Part shown: one piece after another, positions 41,067-54,400 of the stretch
Position numbering within the stretch: the first letter of the stretch is position 1
How the letters are laid out: every line of letters starts with the position of its first letter
Source: Candidatus Omnitrophota bacterium
GTDB taxonomy: Bacteria > Omnitrophota > Gorgyraeia > Zapsychrales > Fredricksoniimonadaceae
Direction: 5' to 3'
NCBI GenBank assembly: GCA_903944345.1
Contig: CAJARJ010000019.1
Coordinates: 7,480 to 71,479, forward strand
Length of the DNA: 64,000 bases
Translations under genes and position numbers: made by a program
Notes under the pieces: generated by a model
Seen by the model: the letters and a program-made list of their open reading frames with translations, nothing else
Databases searched by the model: none
Told to the model about the DNA's origin: nothing

Positions 41067-41957
41067 GTGCTTCTTCTGAGTTTGATTCTAATCACACTGT
41101 CGGTAACCATTTTGATTTGTGCCTTTCTTCCTGGTTTAAGCGAGTTCCGGCCACAGCCCAAGATCCAGAATTTTGGACAAATGCCGGATTTCTTTGGAAA
41201 GAAAAAGAAACAGGAAGGCAATGACTTTATAAAAGGTTTGGCGCTCTTTAATCGCCCCCTGATTGGCGGCGAGATGCGTTTGCGGCTGGTGAGGGACTTG
41301 TCTATCGCCCAGTTGAATATGACTCCGGAAGAGTTTATGCTGATTAAAGAAATCATGATAGTTGTATTACTTGTTTTTGTTCCCGGTTTCTTTCCGGGAG
41401 ACATGCTTATCTTTGCTGTTTTAATGTCGGTTGCCTTTGGGTATTTCGCTCCGGAGTTCTGGCTTAAAGGAAAGATCAAGAAGGTCAAAGAGGATTTCGT
41501 GCGTTATTTGCCGGACACGGTTGATCTTTTGGGTTTATGCGTTAATGCAGGGCTGGATTTCATGATGGCGCTTAAATGGGTTTCGGAGAAGTCTTCGCCT
41601 AATGTAGTGGTCAATGAAATGAACAGCTTGTTGCAGGAAATTAGTGTTGGTAAGCCCAGGCGGGAGGCGTTACGTGATGCTGCGCGCAAGTACGAATTGG
41701 CGGATCTTTCTACGTTTTCGCGGACATTGATCCAAGCGGATAAAATGGGGACATCGGTGTCTGAAGCGCTCAATATTCTTTCTGAGGATATGCGTCAGGC
41801 GCGCTATCGTCGCGGAGAAGCCATGGCTCTTAAGGCCCCCATCAAGCTTTTGGTTCCGTTGCTTTTCTGTATCTTTCCGGTAGTCGGGATTCTGGTTGGA
41901 GGACCGATTTTTCTTGATTTTATGACCAATAACCCTATGAAAAAGATGGGGATGTAA
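41067..41957 (+). CDS. tadC: TadC (T2SSF-family) inner-membrane platform protein
   Basis: LPDTVDLLGLCVNAGLDF..GKPRREAL..LIQADKMGTSVSEAL..KAPIKLLVPLLFCIFP. Confidence 0.93.
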   Translation: MLLLSLILITLSVTILICAFLPGLSEFRPQPKIQNFGQMPDFFGKKKKQEGNDFIKGLALFNRPLIGGEMRLRLVRDLSIAQLNMTPEEFMLIKEIMIVVLLVFVPGFFPGDMLIFAVLMSVAFGYFAPEFWLKGKIKKVKEDFVRYLPDTVDLLGLCVNAGLDFMMALKWVSEKSSPNVVVNEMNSLLQEISVGKPRREALRDAARKYELADLSTFSRTLIQADKMGTSVSEALNILSEDMRQARYRRGEAMALKAPIKLLVPLLFCIFPVVGILVGGPIFLDFMTNNPMKKMGM

Positions 41958-41981
41958 TAAAGTCATCATTTTCTATTAGCG

Positions 41982-42018
41982 AATAAAAATGTCCAGTCTG
42001 AGGCTGGACATTTTTATT
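41982..42018. terminator. Bidirectional terminator-like hairpin after tadC
   Basis: AATAAAAATGTCCAG-tctgagg-CTGGACATTTTTATT (15-bp perfect stem). Confidence 0.75.
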
Positions 42019-42352
42019 AAAGATTGTCCATTCTGGTGTTTGCAGAGCATTTATTTATCCCTAAAGAGTGCCCAATCAAATTAATAAATGCTTACTGGCT
42101 AAGAGGAGTCCTGATTGAAAAGTTAGGTAGATAAAGTGCGAATAGTTTCCTTCCATTTTGGAAATGAGCAAAGGATTGTAGCGTATAAATTCGTCTGGTA
42201 TTGATTCTGTTTATAGGGTTTAATTTACGCCATAACGCGCAGGATAAAGAGAATTTGCAGGGAATTAAAAAACAATTTAAGATCATTTATATTGAGGAAT
42301 GTAACCTGTTGTCAGTAAAAGTGATTTTATTGTAAATAGATTTGCCAGCGAA

Positions 42353-42381
42353 TTGTCTTGCCTATACTATAATGTTATACT
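42353..42381 (+). promoter_or_regulatory. Candidate sigma70 promoter of the giant gene
   Basis: TTGTCT-17 nt-TATACT with extended -10 TG, about 60 nt upstream of the ATG. Confidence 0.5.
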
Positions 42382-42443
42382 TCGTCCATCGATTGACTTG
42401 AGGTATCGAGTCGATATTTTGGGTTTATTGACGGAGTCCCGGT

Positions 42444-45400
42444 ATGGACAAGCAGCTGGATTCAAAGACCGTCGAGTCTTTTTCAACCGTTGCCGCAGCT
42501 GAAGCGCCTATCAGCGTTTATGCCGAGGGTGGCTTCCGGAGTCGTTTTAATTTCTGGATCCGCGCGGTTTCTGTTATTCTCATCTGCATTTTTCTTCCTG
42601 ATCAGATTGGCTGGGCTTTCAATTATAATCCGGCCGTGATTTATCCCCAGAATGCACTTAATTACCAGCCCGCACCGGTTTTAACTTCAGCCGAACGTTC
42701 TTCTGCGCAGATTGCTGGCAGTGTCGGTTTTCTTTTGAATCAGGTAAAAGGTCTTGAGCAAGCGCGCTTTGAGCTGAAGCTTAATCCTGCAAATGCTCTT
42801 CAGCTGGCGAAAGAGCTCAAGCAACCGGTTTTGGCAATCGATAGCCGTAGAAGTTTTAACGAATTGGCCATATCAGAAATTACGCAATGGCTGGCTGAGC
42901 CTCAGGTTCATATCCTTAATTGCGGCGTTTACGCGCTCAAGGATTTGTTGGATTTTGAGGGGATCAGCAAAACACCCGAAGAGCTGTCGGTCATAACCAT
43001 TCTGGCGGATCTTCTAAGCGATGTGCTTCGGACCGGGGACGAGCGTCTGAAAACATCATTGTTTGCCTTGAGCCAGGCTATGGATGCGTTTGGGCTGGAG
43101 TACCAGGCGGTCAAGCTTCGTCCGGAAAATCTCCGGTTGTTGGCCACACCTTTTATTGCTCATTTTAAAGATGAACATTTCGTAACAGTGCTGCGGATAG
43201 AGGGGGACACGGTTTATTTGAACGACATCGGAAACCCCGGTCAGATGTCGATCTCTGAGTTGGCGCAGCGGGCTTCCGGGTTTGCCCTGGCTCGGGAGAT
43301 GAAGTTTTTTGTGAAAGCTGGCTTTGAACGTGTTGCGCAAAACACACAAACATTCGTTTGGGGTGACAAATGGCGTAATAAGTCAGATGAACTGCCCGGG
43401 CTCGTGTCCAATTCTCAGATAGCCATGCAGGTAGGAATACAAGTTGTGGGGGCGCTGGCGGCCGCTTGGATGGGGCCAGGCGGATGGGCGGCGTATGCGA
43501 CGTTTTCCATGAGCATGGCAGCATCTTCTTTCGCGCAGGCGGTTGGACAGGTTTGTCAGATGCGCGGAGGCAGCGGTCAAAGCTGCATGTTGTTAAGTAC
43601 TGCGATTAGCGTTGGACTGACTATGGGGACTTCGGCGCTGCTTTCTGCCGGACAGGCGGCAGGAACCCAGGCTGCGGGTCAGGCTTTGGCTAAAGATGGA
43701 GTCACGAATGCTTCGGCTCAGGTTTCGCAGGAAACGGTCAACAAGGCGGCGTCTGAAGCGGCGGGAGCCATTTCTCGTAGCGGAGAGATTGCGACACAGG
43801 AGGCCATCACCTCGTCTGTGACCAAGGCGTTTGCCAATCAGGGGATTGCTGTCTCGGGCGAGTTGGGGGCCAAAATTAGTGCGGCTGCCGCGGCTAACGT
43901 TACCGCCAAGGTTGCCGAAGCTTCGGCTTCAACTATGGCATCAACATTTGCTGCCGGTTTTGCGCAAGGAGCTATTATTGGTGTCGCCAAAGGGGCGGTG
44001 GAGTACCAGGTTGTCAAGATGATCGACAAGGCTCTGGGGGACGACGATTATATTCTCAAGAGCACAGTGCAGGCCATTGCTTCATCGGTCGCAGGGGCGA
44101 TGGTGGGATCGATTGTTCAGTGGGGAATCAGTAATGCGGTCACCGCTTACAACGAGTCTTCCGCGGCAAATACCGATACAGAAACAGCCGCTGCGTCAAC
44201 AGACACTTCAGCAACATCGACACAGGCGGCGACTACAGCAACAGACTCGGCCATGATTCGCCTGACCAAGCTGGACGGCGGCTTTAATCCGTATGACTTG
44301 GGCAAGAATTCATTAGGAACGGTATTGTCGCGCACATTGATGGATCGTTCGCTTTTGGCCGGAGTTGTCGGGCATTTGGCGGCCATGGGCGTGCGCTATG
44401 CGGTTTCCGGTGGCGCGGTGACCCAGGAAGAAGAGGGAGATTTATCTGTTGTGTTGGGCCAGCTGGGTAATACCTTCGGCCAGATGGCTGGAAACTTTGC
44501 GATGGGCCAGAGTAAAATCGGTTATGACAACCGTACGCCGGAACAAACGGTCAAGGATGCCAAGGACTGGACAGCTTTGTTTAAACAGGCTATCCCTAAA
44601 GCCGTGGTTTCTGCCGGCCTGACTTATGCGCTCCTGGCCATGGAAGAAAGCGTTATCGGAGACGATGACGGGTCTCATTCCTATAAAGAAAAACAGATGG
44701 CGTTTCGCAACACCGCGTTTATGATCTCGGGCGTTATGACTGGCCTGGCTCTGGGGTTAGCGGCGGAGTATGCTCATCAAGATGCTGATTCTCCTGTGGG
44801 TGCGACAACCTCTTCTGTTGTAGAGGATGGCCGGTTAGAGGCTGGTTACAAGACTGGCTATTGGCAGCAGCAAAAAGAATTTCAGATGGATTTCTGGGGT
44901 CTTGGCGCCATGCAGACGCTCACCAACGAGATGGGCGGAACACCGTATTCGTTAAATGCGGGGCTGGCTGCGGGCCAGTTAACCAGCACCATGCAGGGGT
45001 TAACCGGTTTTACGCCTCAAACCGCCTGGCAGATAGACAAGATGTGGCTGGCAACCAAGAAGGCCAATTCGGAGCTTTCAGCAGACAACAGGGAATCAAA
45101 CAGCGTTCTTAAGTTGCGTCACCGTATTGCAATCTTCGATATTATTGATCCTGGCATGATCAATATTGATTATGTTAACTCACAATTCTCGGCCGGAGTT
45201 GTCAGCAATGTTATTGCTACCGGAGAGATTGCAGCCAGCGCGACTTTCGCTCGTGGAAGCATTGACGGGCAGCAGTATTTGACCGATTGGGGTTTCCAGT
45301 GGCGGCCGGCCATAACCAGGGATATTGTCACTCCGGATGGCAAGCCTACCGGGCGGGCATTGGTTTTTATGGGGGCTACAAATGATGTTAACCGTTTGCT

Positions 45401-48400
45401 GGATTTTCGGGGAGTTGAAAATCTTGGGCTGTCGCGGGAAACCGATCCGAAGACCGGCAAAGTTCGGGAGAGCCTGACGGGAACTTATACTAAAGAGTAC
45501 GCGCACGCGACAGGACTTGATAAGGCTATGGCCGGAATCGACGATCTGACCAGAGAGCTTAACAGTGCGGGAGTCAATGGAATTTCTGCCGAAAGATTGC
45601 AGGCGGCGCTGGCTAAGAATGGCCTGAAAGGGGCGGTGGTTTCGAGCGGCCCGGACGGTTCACAGAAGGTTCTGGTTGATGTCGATGGAAAGACGGTAAG
45701 CCTGGATGCCTCTCTTTTACAGCAGGCAGGTCTCATTGCGCCGGCTGGTGTGGATAAGAATGGCAAGTTGCAGTGGAAGTTTAATGCGGGTTCTGCCCCT
45801 GGATCTGTTTTTTCAAACAGAAATGCCAAGGGAACAGTTTTTTCCTTTTCAGGGGCTGAGGTGGTAGCCGATACCAGTTCACCTGTTTATTTCTTGCACA
45901 AGATTGCTGGCTTGCCGGGGGCTCCTGTTGATTGGGCGCGTTCGACCCAGCCGGAAAATGTATGGAAGAATTACACAGTTGATCTGGGTGCCCGTAACGC
46001 GGCCATGACCAATAATCCAGGCACGACATTCTCCGCACAGCAAATAAATCAGCCCGGTGGAGCCAGTCAGTCTGTGTTTAGCCTGGAGCTTGATTATGCC
46101 GGTAACAGTGGAAATCCGTTGCAAATGGCCAGCGGATACAGAGGTATCAAGAAGAACCGGGCCGGAGAGGCTGATCGCAAGACACTTTCATTTGACCTGA
46201 CCGCCCAGGCTAATCCTGATGGTTCTGCTGTTTTTGGCGAAAGAAGAAATCTTTCTATTGCCGGACTGGTGATCGAGCCCGGCAACAAGAGCGTTATGGA
46301 TCTTGCTTTTACGTCTATGAATAATGTCGGAGGCAACAACCTTCGATATAACGTAACCGGTGTCAATACGGTGACCGGAGAGGTTTTTGATCTGGCCCGT
46401 TTCAAAAAAGCTTTTGAAGCCGGAATCAGAAAGCAGGAACAGATTGGCCTGCTAGATTTGTTTCTGCCGCAAATGTCCGGAAAAACGGCGGCGGCGTGGC
46501 TTTCGGTGATGGCCACATCCCAGGCTTTGGGGCAGTTGACGCCGGGGATTACGGCTCCGGTTTTAATGAATATGGGAATAAGGCAGAAGGGGTCGGCTCT
46601 GCCGGAAGCGTCCCTCGTTTCCTCTATAGACGGAAAGATTAATCCCTTACAGTTGAATACCTATACAGCCGACGGACAGGTCAAGGATGTGTTGCGTGTC
46701 ACGGCGCGCAATACGCCGCTTCTTCAGCTTGCCGCGGGAGGCGGAGCGAATAACTTTCTGGGGAATGTGCACAATGTTTCGAGAACTTTTCTGAACAACC
46801 ATTTGCCGATGGGTTCGGCGGATCGCTTTGGCTATTATTATGCCGCAGGGACTCCTTCCGTCGGCAAAGGTGGAGGGAAAGTCACCCAGTATGATTCCCA
46901 GTTGTTGCCGATGTTTAGCGGTGATGAAGTTGGGTTGGAAGGCTGGCTGAGAGAAGGGACGGTGGCCAGGATCAGCGACGGCAAGAAAAAGGGATCGTAT
47001 AAGGGCAAGATCCTCTCAGACTTTTTTCTGGTTAATCCGCTGGATCCGGCGGCCGGAGAATTGGTGCGCCTTGTCGGAGAGATCGGTATTACCCGCGCCG
47101 GGCATGGCCAGACATTAACGGCTGAAGAAGGAAAAACGATCAAAAATTTTGCCTTGCAGCAGGCCCCCGAGGGCATAGTGGCTGTTATTGACAATAACGG
47201 CCTGTCACCGTTTCTGGAACGCGCGGTGCTGGCTTATCCGCACAAGGGAGCTTTCAGTCCCGAACAAGGCGGACAGGTGGGAGATATTACCCTGACCACC
47301 AATCAGACGGGACACGCTTTGTCCAAATATCCCAAGTTGGGTTTTGTGTTTCATGACAAGGCTGGTTGGCAGTTGTTGCCGGAACAAAGCAGTTCTTCAA
47401 CAACAAAAGATCGTTACCGTCGCGGCGACGGGGCCATTATGGAGCGGTTGTTCAAGCGGACGATTCGTATTTTTGGCAGGCAGACTATAACTCAGAAAGA
47501 TGGCAGCGTGACGGGATCAACTATCGATCCGGCGATTTCCAAGCGCAAGGTTTCGGATACGGGTTGGGTGCAGATGGGCGAAAGAATGATCGCGCCGCCG
47601 CCAGCTCCGAAGCCAGTGGCTAGGGCGGCTGGGGGAAGTGGAGACGGATCGCAGAAGGTGGGGGCGGAGATCGAATATACCGAACAGTCTTTGGATACAG
47701 CGGCTCGAGAACAAGTAGCAAAGGCGAAAAAAGATCAAGGAATTGATGTTCCGCCAACTGAGCAGGAGGTTGCTGCGGCGAAAAAGAGCATTCTGGCAGA
47801 ATTAAACTCTTCTGAGTCTGTCGAGGGAGGGGGAACAAAAGGTGAATGGATGCGCTTTAGGCTGCAACAGTCCGCGGCAAGAAAATCAGCGGCAGCCTTT
47901 GAGCAAGGCGGAGAAGATAATGAAGCGCTTCTTGCTGAACAGGAAGCTGCCAGCGAGGCGGGGTCAGGGGTCTTTTCCGGGCTTGATAAACCTGTGACCG
48001 AGAAAAGCCTTGAACGAAAAGTTAAAGCGCAGCAAACAAATGACAATACAGTCCACCTAAAGCCAGATCAGGGAGCGATGGGGTCGTATCTTACGGGGGC
48101 TGTTGGAGCGCCCAAGGCCGAGGAGCTTTATCCTGAAGTAAAGGGTTCAGGGGAACAAACGGCCAAGACGGGGTCTCAGTGGAAAAAAGCAAAAACCGAG
48201 CAGGTTTCTTTGGCGATCGAAGCTAATGGTGTGGTGACCCCAGGGGCCATAACCTTTGAAGCAACAACCTATCTCGGACGTAAAGGGGCAGCGGGGCAAG
48301 CCGCGGAACAAATCAATGTATGTGTTCAGACTAATTGCAAGGCTGTCGAGACACCCTATCAGGCCGCATATGACGCAAAAACAGGTCAATGGCTTTTGAC

Positions 48401-51400
48401 AGGAGTTGATGGCAAGGGAGTTTACGGAATCTCTACTCCTTTGGGAGGGGTGAAGCCTCAGGAGGGAAACTCGACACAGGTTGCCGGTAATGGTCTTGAT
48501 GGTCGCGTGACATTAAGAAGATTTGTTGGTCTTGATGCCAATGGCCAAGCTATTTATATGATGACGCTGGACTCTCAAACTCCTGGACCCAACAGCAATA
48601 TTCAGATTGCGGAAACAGGCAAACAAGCGGTTCCTGATGGTATGCAGGTTAATAATAATCAAGTTAGCTTACAGGCCCCCGCGGTTGGGGTTGGAAACGG
48701 TTTTATTACATTCAAGGAAGATCGCAAGACCGGGCAGGTGACTTTTCAGGATAACAATATGTATTATGCCGTGGATATGGCCAAGAATCAGAACGGCATT
48801 GAGTTGTGGCACAATGATTCGCGGACCCCGGGGGGACAGGTCTTGACTCTTGATCCGCAATATAATGTTGATGGATCGGGCCAATACAATGCGGTTTTGA
48901 AGCAGGGCTCCCAGTTGACAATAGCCGACGGAAGTTATGGAAAGGTTATCGGCAGCTCTTCTGTTGATGGTGAGGGAATGGATTTTCGTCAAGGTATTTT
49001 TGCCGGGGGCAATCTGCATTTTGTTAATAATCTCAAGAGCGGCATTATGAGCTTGTCGGCTGACCCCAACCAGTTTTATATCGATAAAACGGGTGACGGG
49101 ATGGTATTGAATCGTAATGGTCAGTCGATCAACGGAGCTCTTTGGCAGACGAGCAAGAGCGGAGCATCATCTTGGCTGAGTTTTGACAGAGCAGAGTTTG
49201 GCTCGAAAACAGATCCTTCCCTATTCGGAACTCCGGTCAGATTAGGGGTTCCTGATCAGGAAGGCAAGGCCATTGCGGTTAATTCTCCGGAGTTGATCAA
49301 AGTTCAATCTTCGGAAAGTGTGGCAGAGCTGTCCGCGAAAGCAACATATGATGCGGCGCACGCTGAAGTTCAGAAATTGCAAGCGCAATTAAGCCAGCCG
49401 GGGTCGATATTATTCGAGGGAGATGTTCCTGTTGCAAGAGAGGCTGTTGCCGCGCAGTTGGCCAATGCGTTGACAAAAGAAGGCAGCGCTCGAAAGGCTT
49501 ATGCTGTGGCGGCAGAGCAAAGATCAGCAAAAGAAGCAAATGCCAGCGGAAAAGGCGCGGAGACAGAATTTATTAATCAAACCATGGGCGAGAAGGCGCA
49601 AGATCCTGCCGCCCAGGAAACAGCGAGGCTTTATAAGGATGAGGGTAGCGATCAGGTCTGGGCAACCGGAGAGTTGTCTTTTGTTCTCGGAGAGCTCAAT
49701 ACAACAACTCCTGCAGCATGGGGAGTTTTCCGTGGGCAAATGACAGACCAAGAAATAGCAGACAAGACAGGTTTGCAGATCACCCCAGAATTTTCTGCAG
49801 AACGTAAGGCTTTTGAGGACGAACTTGCTAAAAATGGAGAGGTTTCTCAAGAAGACTTTGCCAGAATCGCCCCGCACTGGTCTGAGATATTCAAAGATGA
49901 AACACAAAGAAGAAAACTTGCTTCGGCTGATTCGCATCTTGATCAGTTTGTCAATAACGGCAATGTTACGCCGCTAACGTATATGAACAGCGATTCTTTA
50001 TATACATATGTTAGCGGGAAGTCTTCTGTTGAGGGAATAAAAGACGCCACGGCGGTATATGATAAAAGCGGCCAATTGACGGGTTATACCGACAGAGATG
50101 GTCGCATGGTGACGTTTACAAACGCCATTCCTTTGATCAAGCTGGTTGATCCCACAGGAGAGAAGGTTTACAGCCAGACCGTTCTTTACGGAGGAAGCTT
50201 TAAAGGCGGGGAGAATCGTCAGCTGCTCGAGGGTGCGGTTGCCGGTCAGATGGATTATTTGACGGGATCCGGTTTGAGCAAAGCGCCGCTGGAACAACAG
50301 TTTATTCAACTAAAAGATGGGAAAAGGTTTATTACCCAGATCAAATGGTCAGAACTTGGCATGGATGAAGCTGGGCCCGACCGTCCTTTGGGCTTGGCGG
50401 TAAATGTCAATAATCTTAGTCTTGGTTTGCAAAATCAGTTGCAGGGTAATCTTTCCGGCATCAGCCCTGTCAGCTTGAGCGATCAAGCCAAGGGCATGCT
50501 GGCATATAGAGACAAAGAAGGTCATGAGCGGATTGTCGCATTTCCTGCTATGGAGCGGGGGTCAAATACGGATATCATGTCAACGAACATCATGGCGTTT
50601 AATCCGGGGGATGTTCTCTCTATTAATCATTTTGCTCCCAAATTTGTTAATTTATCGGCAAAAGATGCGCCCTATGATCAGGCTCAGCAGGTTATCAGTA
50701 TTCCTGAAAGTCAACTGAAAGCGGTGAATATAGGGCAAGATTTTTCTTTTCAGGCAGCTCCGCCGAATCTATCAGGAGCCAAATCTGGGACAGTCAACCA
50801 AGGAGCCAATGAAGCCTCTGCGACTTCTGATTCTGTCGAATCGCGTCGGACTCAGATGCAGGGGCAGGACCTGGCTTCGGTTTACGCGATTGATTCCAAA
50901 GGAACCGTAACCGCTGGTCCAGATACAACGCAAGCTATCGAGTTTAACACGGGAGAGAAGCTGATTGGCCGCGTTGGCTTTCAGATAGGAACAATAAATC
51001 AGGGTGGTGTGCCGGTTTTAAGCAAAGAAATACAGTTTGCCGGGCAAGCTCCGGGGTCTGTGGTCGGCTGGAAGGGAACCGATGCAGAGCTGAAGAGTAT
51101 CACGGGAGAGCGGATTGCGCAATTCAAAACACCTGACGGGAAAACAAATGTAACTCCATATATTGGCGGATGGGTTTATAAAGGAGAAGGGCACGTCGAT
51201 TTTTTTGCTGACCGTGGACGAGCTCAGACGGAAATAAGTCAGGGAAAGAGTGTATTAAGAGTAGTTGAGAGTGTTCCGGGGTATCTCATGGTTGTGCCGG
51301 TACAGTATTCTTTTGATTTATCGAAACCAAAGATTGCAGGTAAGGAATTTGTTATTGATGCCAAAACCGGACAAAAGCTTACACAGAGCGTCGGTCAGGT

Positions 51401-54400
51401 TGGTACAGATCACGGTCTTTTTTATGTGACCACGGATAAATTTATTAAGGAATATGAAGGTTTTACTTTTTTTGAAGGACAATCGCTACCCGCTATCAGG
51501 CGTTGGCTTATGAAGGATAATGGGATTGTGGCGGATATCAGAACTCTTTTGGGCAAGCCAAGAGCAGGAATGGATTATCAGGATGCGTATGATTACAGTA
51601 CATTTTCAACCTGGAAAGGGTTGAAAGGTTTGGCTGCGGGGTATGGGGTTGCGCAGTATCTTGGATGGACCGCGGTTTCTGCAGGCATCGGGGGGGCGGT
51701 GGGAGGCTATGCTAACGACTGGGATCGAGCGGCTATATTTGAGGGGACTTTGAACGGAGGAGTGGATGGTGCGGCATTGGGAGGGGTTGTTGGGATCGGG
51801 GGTGGAGTGTTACAGGCTGCCGCAAAAGCAGGCTATGTTCAGAAGCTGCAATCGTTGAGTCCGGCGGTTAAGATGGGAGCCTCTTCGGTTGGCTGGGGGT
51901 CTTATGGTGTTGGTCAGGGGATGTTTAGTAATTATATGGCCGGCAAAGATATTACCGATGGCAACTGGAAAGAGTGGACCAGTCGGTTTGTGATTGGTGC
52001 CGCAACAGGTGCGGCCGGACGCGGGTTATCGGCAACCAGGTCGCCGGCATTGAATGCCGTGGCAGGAAATGTTTATACGAAGAGTCTGGTGACCACTGTT
52101 GCAGGAGGAGCAGCAGCCCGGAGTTTCGAGGAAGGCGGCAAGGGCAATTCGGCCGGAACCTTTTTGTTTGATGTTGGCTCGGGAGTTGTTGGAGCGTTCG
52201 CAATCTCCGGTGCGGGGGTATGGGGCAGATCTATTCTGGGCCAGACAGCAGGGAAAACGGTTTCTGCGCCAGCCTCCTCTGTTTGGTATGACTCTTGGGC
52301 CGCAAGTAGCAATCTCTTTAAGTCCTCTGTCGGCAAGACGACGGCAAAGTCTGTTTCATTAGCTGAGCGCGGAGCCGCGGCTGTTCGTCCCTATACCGCT
52401 CCAGTTGGAAACTTTTTTGATGCCAATCCTGCAGTAAGACAATTTGTAATGCCCTTTTCCGGAAAAAACTACAATACAGCGCTGGGTGAAATACGCGGGC
52501 TTGCCGGGGCAGGAAAGATGTCTTATCTTGAGTATTCCGCAAAAGTTTCGAAGCTCGCAGCCTCCGGAGTTCTTGGCGGATCGACTTGGGGAGGCGTGGC
52601 CGGGTATGCGTTGTCATATGGCAATCCCAATGAGCTCACATCTGAACAACGGATGGGTTATGCGGCTTATGGCGCTTTTGCGGGGGGCGCGTTGGCTCTT
52701 CTGGTTGCCGCTCGTCCGGCTATGCAGAACTGGTCACGAACAACCCCTGAGGGGCGCACTCTGGAGAAGGTGGATATTACAAATTTTACTCCGAATATGG
52801 CCGGACGCATGGCTTTAACGGGGGCAACCGATTTTGCCTTGATGATGCCGGCTTGGAATATTGTGACTGTTCCGGTACACGCTGCGGCAGAAAAACTTCT
52901 TGGAAAGAGCGAAAACTGGAAGGAAGCCTGGAAAAGTTCTGATATCAGATTTCGTACGGGGATGGACGGATCTTTAATAGATCCCACAGACCTGTTAGCT
53001 CGCAAGGCTCCTGGCGATATGTTAAGCGGTGCCCAGATGGGCGTTATGCTGGGACCGACCATGGGGCTTTTACAAAAGCCATTAAGCGCCGTGACCAGAA
53101 ATGAGAACGGTTTCTGGGGCAAGTTCTGGAAAGGTGAAAATCTGGCCGGAAAATTAACACCTTTTGCCGGACATTCGATGCCCAGAACCATTGCGACTTT
53201 GTCTTTTGTCGAGGTAGGAACCGAGCAGGCCATGCATGCCTTTGGACAGGGACGCATTGACCGGTGGGGTCAAGAGGGCATGGCAAAGGTCGAAAAATTA
53301 ATGGCGCTTGATCAGGTGTCGCGAGAGTTGGAATTGCAGCGTTTGGGAGATTCGGGATTAAAGACTTTTTTTGATACAGGAGATTTCTCCGCGGACGCGG
53401 TCAGGAATTATGGTATCAGTTACGCTGAAGGGCAGGTTGCCGCATTAGCCTCGAATGTTGCGTTTGCTTCGCTTTTCTTCAAGCCGACGGCCAGTCCTCG
53501 TCCGGTTGATTATCGTGCCCAGCGTATAGCCGCGGCGAAGGAATTGCGCGCTGCAAGAAAAGAGGTTGAGACGGCAGAAACGGCATGGAGGGCGGCCCCG
53601 ACTGATTCACAAAAGATAACGGCACATGCTGCTGCCATCGGCAAGGTAGAGAGGGCCAAACAGAAAATCTTCAGGGCTAACGCCAGCGAAGCCGCCGTTG
53701 AATTATCTAAATTTCGAACGGGCACCGGGGACGAGGGAAAAGCGGATGGGAAAACAAAAAATGTAGAGGCGATAGAGACCAAGTATAACAAAAGTATTAA
53801 TCTTGCAGAGGCCAGTGCCCGGCGGGCGAGCTGGGCGCAAACGGTTTCGACCTTGGCCGAGAACGGGGTTGTCAAATTTGATATTGATCTGCAAAGTCAG
53901 GCCGACAAGGCTCTGGCGGAAGTTAACAACCGGCAAGCGGAATATAGTCAGAATGCTTCGCCGGAGAATAAGGCGCAGGTTGACAATGCTTTAATAAATT
54001 TTTCGAAGCTTCAGAAGCAAATCAATAGAGCCGAATATGAGGCAAAGGAGATTGTTCTGAAAGCACGGATTAAAAAAGGTGAAGGAGCTGCCCCTTCAGC
54101 GTTGAAGAAGGATGCGCAGAAAGCTCAAGTGGAACTGGCTTTGTTGCCCCTAGAGAGGCTGCTCGCCCCGCGCATCGCCGTCGTTGATCAGCGAATTGCT
54201 ACTAAAAGAGCGCAGAGGGACGGGCTGGTTCGTGAAGGAATAGAGGCAGCCGAACGGGAAACGTCACCTGATAATAAGACGGCTGAAACAAGCGGAAGTA
54301 CCCGTGTTGAACCTCCCGAGAGCGTTGAGACGCCCGCTCAAGCAGCGCTCAGACAAGAGCGAATTCAGGCATTGGATCACGAGATAGCCGTGCAGGAGGG

